This document shows, one piece after another, positions 11,931-24,139 of a DNA stretch of 64,000 nt. The stretch is from NCBI GenBank assembly GCA_002269645.1, contig NIVC01001822.1:62001-126000 (forward strand), given 5' to 3'. A program made the position numbers and the translations under genes. Below the pieces are notes generated by a model. It had not been told where the DNA came from. It made no database searches and saw nothing but the letters and a program-made list of their open reading frames with translations. Origin of the DNA: Macrostomum lignano. Taxonomy: Eukaryota. Numbering within the stretch: position 1 is the stretch's first letter; every line of letters starts with the position of its first letter.

Positions 11931-12079
11931 ATCTCGAGAATAAAAAACCGTAATACGTTGAAAATCTAAACTGACTTGAAAAAGTCTAGTCTAGTAGGGC
12001 ATAGTAGAGTCAAAATTATAAATATGCTATTGTTAACGGGAGACAATTAGATTGCTCAAAATCTAAATTGACTCAATAT

Positions 12080-12707
12080 TCAACGCGCGCCAGGGAAGGC
12101 TTTTTGAAAACGCTCCTTGTACTCGAATGACACCTGTTTGAAGGCGCACACCACCGGATCGTCGGGATCAGCGGCCAGCTGAGCCAGCAAAGTGGACACA
12201 GCCCTGCAGGCCAGCAGGAAGTCTTTAAGCAGGTCGAACAAATCGCCAACTCGAATACCATTGTCGCGAACAATCGAAGCCAGACTGCAGTGAGTGAAAA
12301 AGTCCAAAGCGTAGGCGTTTAACAGTCGTTTGGTAGGCAACAGCGGAATCAAATTCGCATCGGTGACGATCTCCAATGGCAGCAGGCGACGCAACTGTTC
12401 CGAGCTGTTGTTACCGCCGTTCAATAGCACGCGACCGAGTGCTTTGTTCGAGTCCGGAGTAGTGGGACCCCAGGACAGCCGGGCCAGGGGGGCCACCGCT
12501 GACACTTGGAGTTGGCTATTGCTGCTAGGCACAATGGGAGCGGACCGGCTGAACGGCAGAGCGGTGGAGAATTTCAACAGGCCAGACTTGGCAATGCAGC
12601 GCAGGTAATTGGTGTAAGTCACAGCTGTGGCAGCGTTGTAGTCACGGACTGCCGATCTGATGTCGGTTGGCAGCGGCTTCAGAAGCACCTTGGAGTTCTC
12701 GGTTGGC
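12080..12707 (-). CDS. DDX60: DDX60-like helicase, exon 7 (terminal)
   Basis: Acceptor tctctgatttccag| ends at 12708; phase 2 gives R-PTENSKVLLKPLPTDIRSAVRDYN, resembling the DDX60 C-terminal SKVILDDLP region. Ends ...FKERFQKAFPGAR*. Confidence 0.85.
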
Positions 12708-12775
12708 CTGGAAATCAGAGAGGGAGAGATTACAATGTACGCAGGCACGCACTGCGGCCCTGAGGAATGTACACT

Positions 12776-13522
12776 AACTAAAATAAGTAATAAGGCGCCT
12801 CAGCCATTGAACAGGCTCTTACGCCACTAGGAATGAATTAGGATCCAAGTTGGGAGTGTACTAATGTACACTAGGTTTCTAAGCTAGGCTAAGAGAAACT
12901 GTGGCCATCAAGCCGAGCAGGCGACACCAGTCGGGCTGAGGGCGGGCCCTACCCCCTACCGTCGCTCAAATCACTCCAAGCTCAAATCAAAACCTCCCCG
13001 GGGCTAGAGGGTTTGAGTGGACCAATCAGAGAAGCCCGTGCCTTCTCCGGGTTGGTAAGCCAATAAAATTGGTCATTTGACCAATGCCCCCACGGCCGTG
13101 GCGACCCGAAGGAACCTCCCCACCCACTAAACCCCGGGTACTCTTTGCCAGACGGTCTCTTATCTCTGAAGCGGCAGGAGGGCTATTCGCCGGGACTATT
13201 TCACCCTTTGCTTCGCCAACCCGCCATTTTTATAAGGCCGTGCTAACGGCCCCGTCCTGCTCAGACTCAGTCCTGGTTTTGGCACACTCCAGCTTTAATA
13301 GAATCTCTGGTCTGTTCACCAGAGGACACTCCGAGGGAGACCGTCAGAGCATCAACTGGAACAGGTATAGGCCTGCCTTCCTATACAGCTACCCACAGCC
13401 CTTCCTGATCGACTATTACCCTCCAACCCAGCCTACTAACTCATTACAAGCTTTCGGCCAGGCAGAGACAAGTGTCACAGGGGTACTGCGGTTAGGCGTT
13501 TCTATGCGAGACAAAACCATAC
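12776..13522 (-). mobile_element. ~750-bp non-autonomous non-LTR retroposon (SINE or 5'-truncated LINE) in DDX60 intron 6
   Basis: Exact 18-bp direct repeat ccctgaggaatgtacact at 12758-12775 and 13523-13540. The minus-strand end has a stem-loop (12794-12825) followed by a TTA-rich tail. Confidence 0.75.
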
Positions 13523-13722
13523 CCCTGAGGAATGTACACTCTGTGTCTTAACTGCTCTATATTTGTAGAGAAACTCCCTGTCTATCCCCGTCGCAAACAT
13601 TTTCCAAGCATGAACTACTACTAGTAGGGTAAAAGCATATCAGCAAAGATAAACGTATTTTGTCAGAGGTTTACCAATCGGCATCAATGATTCTAGCGGA
13701 AAAACGGCAGGTATTTTATTAC

Positions 13723-14156
13723 CTTAAATAATGCAGAGCTCCATCAGCCGTCCTTTTAACCAGAGACCGGGCCAGCTCCATCTTAGTGAACAGGTGGCAC
13801 AGGATTCGAACCAATTTTCTCAACGTCTCATCGGAGAATTGCACTCGCAACGGCGGCAATTGACGCTCAAAATCGGCGGCCGTGTGCTGCTGCCGGCCCC
13901 GGCTGTGATTGGGTCGGCCGGAGTAGCAGTTGGAGCACAGGCTGTAGTCAGACCAGCACTTGGTGCACTTGAATCGCTGACCAACTATCGGTTCGCCAGT
14001 CTGACAGCCCTCGCAATAGAATCCGTAGTGAATTGGCGGCAGCTGTTTGCTAGCCGGCTCGCACAGCTGGCGCAGAGCGGGAGATCGAAGCAGATAGGTG
14101 AGCACGAAGTTGCCAGGCTGCTGGTAGCCCATGTGGCATACTAAGCCGGCCAGGTC
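13723..14156 (-). CDS. DDX60: DDX60-like helicase, exon 6, containing an inserted ZZ-type zinc finger
   Basis: Acceptor ccattcttcag| and donor AG|GTAATA. DLAGLVCHMGYQQPGNFV matches the DDX60 AGLVSHL..EPSN motif. CEGC..C..C..C..C..H zinc finger. Confidence 0.88.
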
Positions 14157-14466
14157 CTGAAGAATGGCCGAGAGCGAGTCACGTGAGTTGCAGAGAATCG
14201 TAAAACAAGGAGTCGCAAAAAAGTCGTTGTTAAAGCTTAACTTTCTACTAACACAAGTAGACTAAATGTACACAGTTGTTAGTTTCAAAGTCGCGGGTAA
14301 TAAAACGCCTCAAATTGACTCTCGTCGTTTTATAGTCGTCTAGAGAGTCACTTCTTTCACTATTTTACCTGTGTTACCTGCAACGACTGTGAAAGGACTC
14401 TTAGACTAAATGGCATCCAGCTTGGGAAAAACACACGGTGCCAAATTGTTACTCAATGAGACTCAC

Positions 14467-14907
14467 CAGAGGAGCGCCCAACTCATTAATAAGATCCTGC
14501 CTGTGCAGAAACTCCGCACTGAACAGGAAGAACAATCGCAATTGCTGCATCATATCCGGCTTCTGGTGCGCAGCAAACGGGTGCTCCAAAACCGTAGCAG
14601 CTTTAGCGTGGGCCACCTCCGGATCAGTGGCATTCCCAGTCAGAAGCAACAGTCTGAGAACGAAAGCGCAGGTGAGCGGAAAGCCGCCCTTGAGTTCGGG
14701 CAGGTCGGCTTGGATCAGGTGAGCAATCTTAGAGGCGGGCACGCCGTAGAACACAATGTTGCCGATGTTGTCGAAGCCACGCCGGCCGGACCGACCGGCC
14801 ATCTGGTGATAGTTGAGCGCGTCCAGAAACTTGTCATCGCCAGCGAATACGACAGTTTTGCAGGGCATGTGAACGCCCAGAGCCAGGGTGGCAGTTGCTG
14901 TGACCAC
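14467..14907 (-). CDS. DDX60: DDX60-like helicase, exon 5 (helicase motifs V-VI)
   Basis: VVTATATLALGVHMPCKTVVF and YHQMAGRSGRRGFD; acceptor gtgcag|, donor CTG|GTGAGT; phase 0/0. Confidence 0.93.
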
Positions 14908-15039
14908 CTGCACGGGGCGCGAGAGAGATTCCAAAGTAAAACACTATGGGATTTTATAGTGGGAAGAGGGGATAAAGCCAAGAATTCTACATGTACATGA
15001 CTAAATTCCTACATGCAAATTATTTTGGGAATCGGTATT

Positions 15040-16690
15040 GTTAGCGCTCATTTTCGCGCCACAGGCGCACATTTTTGCACCGCAGGCACTCATTTTACTA
15101 TCACAGGCACTCGTTTTGGCGCCGCAGACAGGCGCTCATTTTGGCGCCAAAGACACTCATATTGGCGCCGCAGGCACTCATTTTAGCGCCGCAGGCACTC
15201 ATTTTAGCGCCGCAGGCACTCATTTTAGCGCCGCAGGCACTCATTTTAACGCCGCAGGCACTCATTTTAACGCCGCAGGCACTCATTTTAACGCCGCAGG
15301 CACTCATTTTAGCGCCGCAGGCACTCATTTTAGCACCGCAAGCACTCACTTTAGCGCCGCAAGCACTCACTTTAGCGCCGCAAGCACTCACTTTAACGCC
15401 GCAAGCACTCACTTTAGCGCCGCAAGCACTCACTTTAACGCCGCAGGCACTCACATTATCGCCGCATGCACTCATTTTAGCGCCGCAGGCACTCATTTTA
15501 GCGCCGCAGGCAAGCGCCGCAAGCACTCACTTTAACGCCGCAGGCACTCATTTTAGCGCCGCAGGCAAGCGCCGCAAGCACTCACTTTAACGCCGCAGGC
15601 ACTCATTTTAGCGCCGCAGGCAAGCGCCGCAAGCACTCACTTTAACGCCGCAGGCACTCATTTTAGCGCCGCAGGCAAGCGCCGCAAGCACTCACTTTAA
15701 CGCCGCAGGCACTCATTTTAGCGCCGCAGGCAAGCGCCGCAAGCACTCACTTTAACGCCGCAGGCACTCATTTTAGCGCCGCAGGCAAGCGCCGCAAGCA
15801 CTCACTTTAACGCCGCAGGCACTCATTTTAGCGCCGCAGGCAAGCGCCGCAAGCACTCACTTTAACGCCGCAGGCACTCATTTTAGCGCCGCAGGCAAGC
15901 GCCGCAAGCACTCACTTTAACGCCGCAGGCACTCACATTATCGCCGCATGCACTCATTTTAGCGCCGCAGGCACTCATTTTAGCGCCGCAGGCAAGCGCC
16001 GCAAGCACTCACTTTAACGCCGCAGGCACTCATTTTAGCGCCGCAGGCAAGCGCCGCAAGCACTCACTTTAACGCCGCAGGCACTCATTTTAGCGCCGCA
16101 GGCAAGCGCCGCAAGCACTCACTTTAACGCCGCAGGCACTCATTTTAGCGCCGCAGGCAAGCGCCGCAAGCACTCACTTTAACGCCGCAGGCACTCATTT
16201 TAGCGCCGCAGGCAAGCGCCGCAAGCACTCACTTTAACGCCGCAGGCACTCATTTTAGCGCCGCAGGCAAGCGCCGCAAGCACTCACTTTAACGCCGCAG
16301 GCACTCATTTTAGCGCCGCAGGCAAGCGCCGCAAGCACTCACTTTAACGCCGCAGGCACTCATTTTAGCGCCGCAGGCAAGCGCCGCAAGCACTCACTTT
16401 AACGCCGCAGGCACTCATTTTAGCGCCGCAGGCAAGCGCCGCAAGCACTCACTTTAACGCCGCAGGCACTCATTTTAGCGCCGCAGGCAAGCGCCGCAAG
16501 CACTCACTTTAACGCCGCAGGCACTCATTTTAGCGCCGCAGGCAAGCGCCGCAAGCACTCACTTTAACGCCGCAGGCACTCATTTTAGCGCCGCAGGCAA
16601 GCGCCGCAAGCACTCACTTTAACGCCGCAGGCACTCATTTTAGCGCCGCAGGCAAGCGCCGCAAGCACTCACTTTAACGCCGCAGGCACT
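15040..16690. repeat. Minisatellite in DDX60 intron 4: 21-bp units changing to a 55-bp higher-order unit
   Basis: Unit gcaggcactcattttagcgcc (21 bp) to ~15500, then period 55 (gcgcc at 15611, 15666, 15721, 15776). Confidence 0.95.
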
Positions 16691-16818
16691 ATATTTCAGC
16701 GACCTGATGCAAAATGATTGATTTCCATAACGGCTTACAAGGTGGGGTGAGGGGAACAAAGCAGCTACTCAGAGCCATGGCCCAAGCTGAACAACAGAAG
16801 CAAACAACCCAAACTAAC

Positions 16819-17464
16819 CTGCAAATGACCGCTACGGAACAGCATCTCAACAGCTTGTCGGTGCTTCGAAGAACAACCGGCATGATGATAGCAGACGCCC
16901 AATTCCAGCATATGCTTCACATCTTCATCAAGCAGCTTCTCCAGCACTTTGTTGAGAAAAGATTCTTGCACAGCCTGCGGTTTAAAATAAGCGCAGGCCT
17001 GAATTTTGCTGCGCAGTTCCAGCCGATCTCTGTAGTAGGACTCCAATTCGATCTCGGCTGGATTCTCATCGTCCGAATCCTCTTTGTCGCGATTGCGCTT
17101 GGCGGCGATGGCCATCGCTTCGCGAGCTTTCTCCATGCGCTCTAGCAGATTAGGATTAACGGCTTGCTTAATCCGATCATTGGCTCGATCGACAAGCGAC
17201 GCGGCAAGGTTTTCAATGCCTTTACGATCGTTCATAAACACCAAAGCTGGCAAGCGACCCTCGGAACGCAGCCGATCGATTAGATCGGGAAATTTTTCAA
17301 TAAGATCAACGTCGGATAGGAACTCAAACTGTTGAGTCACATTCTGCTGCTCCTCAATTGACTGAATTGTAGTTAGCAGCTGGGTAGACTTGGCATGTGG
17401 ACTCTGGCGAAGCAGCTCAGACACAGTCGATTTCAGGCCAACTTCCAGTTCCCGAAATTGCGTT
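16819..17464 (-). CDS. DDX60: DDX60-like helicase, exon 4
   Basis: Acceptor acgcag|, donor CAG|GTTAGT. LPALVFMNDR and LGVCYHHAG..HRQAVEMLFRSGHLQ (RecA2). Confidence 0.92.
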
Positions 17465-17936
17465 CTGCGTTTTTTTTAAATTGAAGCGGTGGGTGGGAAA
17501 TGTTTCACAATTTTAGGGCCAAAACCTTACAGGTGCAACACGAGGTCATTATAAAATATCGGAAGCACCTTAAAAAATATTAGTTCTTTTTTTTCTTCTG
17601 AGATTTAATTTGAGAGAATGAGAGTTTAAATCGCTATTTTGGCTATTGTCATGGAAAATATCCAATCGCCTCGTGTTGCTCAAGTATGCTTTTGTCTTTT
17701 CGGCATCAAGTCCGATATAGTCTTACTCAGGGGTTGGCTGGCAAACTTTTTACCTCAAGGGCCAGACAGGAGAGAGGATAGAAGGGAGAGAAGGGAGAGA
17801 AGGGAGAAGAAAGCTAAGAAGAGACGCAAACCTTGAGCGGGCCGGATAGAAAGGCTTGGCGGGCCGGGGTTTGCTGACCCCTGCTTTAACTGGTAGGCTA
17901 AAGACATTAAAAAATGATTGGTCATTAATTAATTAC

Positions 17937-19967
17937 CTAGTAATTGGCTCGGTGCCAAAAAACGATTGCGGTTTAAATTTCTGCAGAGCCTTAGCTGCAG
18001 CTGGATCGTCCGTGAAGCACTGCAAAGCGGCTGACCAAACCTCGGTAGATTCCTTCGGTGACAGCTTTAAATTCCTTGGGAATCCGTTGATTCGCAATAG
18101 TTTGTCGCTAAGAAAAGCGCACGGATTAACTTCAGCAATAAATTCACTCTTAGGCAGATAAACGGAAGTGCGAATGTCTGAATAGCGCTCAGAGTAGGTT
18201 ACCAGATTCACTTTGTAACCTTCTACAGCAGCAGGAGCGGCACCTTTCTGTCGCTGTTGCTTCTTAGGCTGCATCGGCTGAGATTGCTTCAGAAGAGTCG
18301 AGTCTTGAACCTGCACAAACTGCTTGATGGTCTGCAGCCAGTCGTGAAAATAGTCTTTGTTAGAGATAGTTGCCGACAGGGCAAGAAACGGACACCGGAT
18401 TAGGCAGAGCAGATATTCCCAGACAACGCCCCCGATCCCGGTGCCAATGCAGTGAACTTCGTCAAAGATCACATAGCGAATACGGCTAGCCCAGCCTTGA
18501 CGCCTGGGACTCAGCAACAGCAGTTCAAGGCACTGCGGCACTGTCACCAAAATCTGACAGCTAGTGGCTTTGTGATTATAGTCTCGAGTGAATACTCCGC
18601 ATAGCTCCATGCCGGGAGTCAGGTTTGGCTTAGAAAACCTGGCACTAATGGAAGCCTGAACCTGATTTACTAAAGCTTTGGTTGGCGCTACGTAAACAGC
18701 GACAGCCTCGTCGCTCATCTCCAGAACCTTTTTCATGCAGTAGTAAGAGCAGAATGTTTTTCCAGACGATGTTGGAGCAACAATAACGGCAGACTCGCGC
18801 CTGTCAACCACATCTAGCAGTTCTCTCTGCCAGGTGTCGGGAATGAATCCCTTCACCCTGGGATCTGGATCGAATCGAACATTTCTCTGCATCAGGTGGC
18901 CCATGTGCTGCATTTGAAAGTCGCGATAATTCAGTGGACAGATGCATTCTTTTTCAACTTGCACATGTTTTAAGCGCTCCGCGTCTACACTAGAGACAGC
19001 GGCAGCCTCTTTGAATCCAACCATGATAAATAATTCGGCAATCTTGACGCGCAATTCAGAACTAATCATGCTAACCAACGGCTCAGTTGTGTACTTGTGC
19101 AGGGTCCGCACTAGATCTGCCAAGGCGCTGAAAGACTTACCGCTGCCTCCACTACTAGCACAGCTGGTCTTCCACAGCTTGTACTGCTCTCGCATTACGA
19201 AAAGTACCGGCTCCTCGAAAATTCGATCCTGCACTGTGCAGGACTCCGCCATACGCGTGGCCTCAGCGATAGCCTGAGCCGGTTCCAATTTTTTAACGCC
19301 CGGCAACAGATTTTTCCACTGCTCCTTTAGCTTCTTCGTATCTTTGTCGGCTTTGGCGCGCAAATTCTCTTCTTTGATGGCGTCAGCCTTAGAAACTGGC
19401 TTTGACTTGCCTTTTGGCTGCTTCTGATGCTTCTGCTTTTGCTGGTTAGCAGATTTCGGCTTCTCGTTAGCACCGGCAGATGCAGCGGACGCGCCGTCAG
19501 AACCGGTTGACAGTACGATAGTCTCACTAGTCTCCCCATGCAGCGACTCGCCGTACATGCTGATGTAATTCTTGTACTTCTGAATACTCTTCAGCTGTCT
19601 CTGCCTTAGAATAGGATTAGAAGACAGCTCAGGCTCGCCTTGCTCTTCTAAATCGTCGCGAAGCTCCCGATTAACGTGCCAATGACAGCGCTCGTCGAAT
19701 AGCATCGCCGAGTTCTGTCCAGGCTCGTTAGTTAACGATATGCAACCAGACGAGCCGAGTTTGTCAAGAATTTCGCCGGCAAATTCTTTCAACAGACGAT
19801 TGTCGATACGCTGAAGCGGCGCCATTTCAGCCGCCTGCTCAATGAAAGGCTCCTGTGGGAGCGCCTGCTCAGAGATTGACAGCGACAATAGAGGCGAGGC
19901 ATCCGATTGATCGGCACTGTTCAGCTTTTGCAGCTCGGTACAAATTTTAGAGGCGTAGCTTTTGTAT
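17937..19967 (-). CDS. DDX60: DDX60-like helicase, exon 3 (RecA1/DEVH box)
   Basis: PDTWQRELLD, APTSSGKT (motif I), VAPTKALVNQ, IFDEVH (motif II), LALSATI (motif III); acceptor tttctttcag|, donor AG|GTAATT. Confidence 0.95.
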
Positions 19968-20915
19968 CTGAAAGAAATCGAATGCCGTTATAAAAAAAAT
20001 TGAAATTAACGTAGCATCACTAAAAATCAGAATTAACAGATACGAGCTATTTACCGTCCTGTTGTTTTTATAGTCACGATTAAAACATAGTCATTGTTCA
20101 AAATGTCTATGGTAATTTACGTTAAGGCAACGACATTCAAGCAATTCACCGGGATATCATTTTAGAAAACGAACTAGTCTATGAGCGTAAGATAAAATAG
20201 TCTATGGTTGTAAGTGGGGGCTTCACTCCCACACCCCCGCTATCGCCGCTCGTGTCTATGGCCATTACCATGTTTTCTCGCTTCCAGACAACCCCCATTG
20301 CCTAGCTATCTCAGCATAGGGCCATCCAATCTCAACCAACCGCCACTTGTTAGCTGGTTTTTTCGAGACACGTGTCTATGGAGTATGGTTGGACCATAGC
20401 TGAATTTGCTGGTCCCTAGGCTGACATAGCGTGGCTACAGAGGTCAGTTCTGTCAGTCCCTAGGCTGACATAGTTTGCCGAAAGCTGTCGTAGAAATATG
20501 CAGCGATTGCTGGATAAATAAAAAAATCTATCAACTTAATACTCCGTGTCCGTGACCTCGTCCTCTCTTTGTGCTGGTCACAATAAGTTAAAAACTCAGC
20601 CGGGAAGCCTAAGAAACCGTTTTAATATTGGCCGTACACTATCGTCCGACTTACTCGGAACAATTTGTGTCCTTGATTGAGCAAGACACTTAACTCTGCA
20701 TTGCTTCAGTTCACCCAGCTGTAAAATGGGTGCCAGCATTAGCTGGGGTAATTGAGGCTGTATGGCGACCCCCCCCCCAGTCCTTGGACTGAACGGCCGT
20801 ACGCAGCCTTCAGATGCGACTGGGCAGGAAACACACCTGCCCATTTAGGCAGGTGTACTAAAAAATGACAAAAAACTGTAGCATAATTCAACGGAAAACT
20901 GAAGCCTGAACTTAC

Positions 20916-21336
20916 TTAGCCAAAATTTCACGCGCTCGCGGATGCCAACCGGGCAGTTGGTTAATCCAGGCTTGACCAAATCGACGATAGACAAAAATGT
21001 CGATAAGATCGGCGACAGACTCTGGATCGGCGAACTCGTTGAGACCCTTCATTGGCAGCAGTTCGAGCCGCAGGTGCTTGGCCAATTCATGCAAAGAAGA
21101 GAGCAAATTTTGCTCCTCTACCTTGTCGCCTGCAGCAGCGGCTTGGTTGGCGCTTTTAGTAGCAGCAACAAGCTGAAGCCGGTCGTCCAGCGTCATGGTG
21201 GACATGCAGGCAAAATACAGGCACCAACGGCTCACTTTTTCAATAACTTCGTCGTTGCTTTCGATGTTAGTATCTTTAACTAGAGCTCGGAGAGCAACTC
21301 TAACAGCGAGGTGGTCTTTCAGGCGGCTGCCTGGTT
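20916..21336 (-). CDS. DDX60: DDX60-like helicase, exon 2
   Basis: Acceptor tttctgttcag|, donor AA|GTAAGT. Phases (1 in, 2 out) join exons 1 and 3 in frame. Contains ADLIDIFVYRRF. Confidence 0.85.
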
Positions 21337-21676
21337 CTGAACAGAAACAAAAATCATACAGTTATTAGCTTAGCAGTTTAAATAAACAAGCTTATAAACA
21401 CTTAATCCATACATGCGCAACTGCTGGCCGACCTAGTAAACATACCCACCCAAAAACATACAGGCGTAGTACTAATTAGATGACGAGACATTTAGCCTTA
21501 GTAAGACACTCATAGTGACTCTTGCCGTTTACCCAACATTTCGTTAATTTTTTCTTTAGGGTTTCTTTCACAGGTAAGTCGCATTTTTGGTCAAAAAGTA
21601 AGTCGCATGGCCAGTGTAAATCAGAGGGTTGCACATGTATGACTTAATCAACTAATAAAGAGATTTAAAAACATAC

Positions 21677-22325
21677 CAATTAACTCGGCCTCAGTCTTTA
21701 AAGCTTCAACATGATCATCAGTTTCAGGGACCATTGCCGATCGATCTGTACATGATAGCTTTTGAAATAGTCTGCCATACAGTGGCATCCACTGCACATA
21801 GGATGCTTGCAGCTTCATGTCATTCTGCTGCAGGCTGCTAACATAAGCAACTGGCACCCTGCGAGCCAGGCTAGACAAAGCCAAATTCACATGCCGCTGT
21901 TCAGCGGATTCGCCATAGCCAACACCGTCGTGAAGCATAAAGAACAGAGGCTTCTCCTCCTTCAAATAGTGAAGCCAGGCTGGGTCGAAGCAAGACTTGG
22001 CCAAGTCGGTGTGCACAGGCACTGAACAGTTGACGGCAAGGTGTAACTGCATAGCGCGCCTAAACAGATCCATCAGTGGATCATTGCGAAAACCATTAAA
22101 GTAAACAACTTGACAGTCACCGCCGTGATCTTTGAGCAGTTTCAGAATGGATTCGGCCAGATAGAACAAATGCAACTGCTGGCCATATTGCCACCCCACT
22201 GTGGCCGCAGCCTCCATCAGTAAAGAGTCGCCATCAAACACGTAGAATTCGCCATCAACCCGATCTTGGAAAAGTGGCATCAGTTTGGCAGAGAGCGCCA
22301 CACTAGCCAATGGCGATATGCGCAT
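21677..22325 (-). CDS. DDX60: DDX60-like helicase, exon 1
   Basis: LFQDRVDGEFYVFDGDSLL..QQLHLFYLAESIL matches the DDX60 N-terminus (LFNDFVESEFFLIDGDSLL..QNLHFFYLVE). Donor G|GTATGT. The frame stays open ~30 codons upstream of the ATG, so the start is not certain. Confidence 0.88.
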
Positions 22326-24139
22326 TGACTCTGGCTCCTCTGATTCGAACTGGCATTCTTCTAGCAGCTTCAGCTGCTCTAAATCTTGGCCTAGCTTCTC
22401 GCTTGGTTCGTCCAGAAGTTTGAAAAAAACAATTTTGAAGTGAATTTTCGATTTTACTGGCGAAGTTTACAAATTTGATTCTATGATTGATGGGCCAACA
22501 AATGAGAATTACACTTTAAGTTTCAGATATTTGCCAGTTATGGTTAGAAAGACATAAGTTATTTAGTAAAACATGGTTATATTCATAATATAATACTTTT
22601 CATTTTATTAAAGAATTTGCGCATTCATATGAAGACAATTGCCAATCATATGCGATTCAATTTTTATATGATATATGGCCCAGACACAGTCCATTGAATT
22701 GATAAACAGAGAAGTTAAATGCAGATAATTCATGCCTGCTCAAGTGCCTGTTCACTATGTTTCAGACTTGAAAAAAAAACTTTGCTATTTCTTTTGTATG
22801 AAATTTTGTATAGTAGAATACTGCATTATATTATGCAATACTATCCTATACAAAGTTTTACTACTATATACTATACTATATTACATCAGAGACTCTCCTA
22901 TTTTTTTCCTCTTTACTCACTTATTTTTTATCTTTTTATCTCCTCTCTGTTCTTATCTTCTCTCATGGTCTATACTCCCTTATCTATTATCTTATCTCTC
23001 ATCTCTCATCTTTGCACTCTTATATTTAGGGTTTTGTGCCAAATTTGTGCCCTTGCTAAATTTTTCCAAAATGGCACAAATCATTAGAAGGCTAGGTGCC
23101 ACTTTGGCACACATTAAATTTAAATGTGGCATATCCTCTTTTTTTAGCTTTGAGTTGTAAACATTGAAAACATTTATTTTTATTTTATACAAGCTATTGA
23201 AGCCTGCAGATTTTGAACCTGCTAAAGTCCAATCCCCAGAACTTTTTTGCATGCATTAAAATGTGAAGCTATACTAAAAAAACTTGTTAATAGTAAGAAT
23301 AGAGTTAAATAAAAAAATTGGAGTAAATTTGTGTTATATTTAAAAATTTGAGGCAACCATTGATTTTGTTGATTGGGGTTGCCACAGATTGACAAGTAAT
23401 ATCTGTCTAAAGCATGCACTACTTAATTCTAGTCTCTGATATTTGTTTTCTCCTCTCTCTACTTTTTCCTCTCCTCTCATCTCATCTCTTCTCTATACTC
23501 TCTCATCTGCTCTTTTATCTTTCTTTTCTTTTTTCTCTTTACTCTCACATCTCTTCTTTTTGCTATTCTTTTATTTACTCTCTCCTTTTAACTCTTATGT
23601 TCTTTCTCATGTTTTATCTCATGTTTTATCAATGTTTTCCTCTATCCCCTTTATTTTCCTCTCATCTGGTCTATAGCCATGAGCTAAATTCTCTATTGGG
23701 CCCTCGAGGTAAAAAATATAAGTCTCGAGTCACCATGCTCCAGAGAGTAGCAGGGTGATACTGATACTATTTAGGGCAAATCCTATAGCATTAGGTCAAG
23801 TGCTTAGAAAGCCAGTTTGTGTGACAAAATACTCTTAATAAGGCAGTGGCTAGAATCTCTCATTAAACTATCATGGCTAAAAGCCTTTCTATAGAGGTGC
23901 AAATAAAGCTATGAGGGAATGAGTAGAGTAGCAAAAAAACTAGAAAAAACAGACAAACTTCACATGCTTATCCTGATTGAGTTATAGAGCTGAGACATTA
24001 CATTTATACAGAGACTAGCAATTAGCAGTCCTCATTAAGGAGCTAAAAAATGCATTACAAGTTTTTTAATAAACTACATATAGTGTCTCTTTGCAATATG
24101 CCCCATCATGTAGTCTCTTATAAGCCTTGACATGTCAGC

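Noticed and set aside
12758-12775. TSD contains cctcag|gg, which looked like a duplicated DDX60 splice acceptor
   Set aside because: Splicing there with the phase-2 donor gives the wrong frame and a stop. The acceptor ending at 12708 has a good pyrimidine tract and restores the DDX60 frame.
13084-13551. 155-aa ORF in the retroposon
   Set aside because: No recognisable domain, no RT or endonuclease motif, and antisense to the inferred element orientation.
15038-15590. ALILAPQ / AAGTHFS repeat ORFs
   Set aside because: Translations of the 21-bp intronic repeat.
12330-22025. Plus-strand ORFs overlapping DDX60 exons (e.g. 13731-14144, 14410-15000, 16714-17145)
   Set aside because: Antisense shadows of GC-rich coding exons with no motifs.
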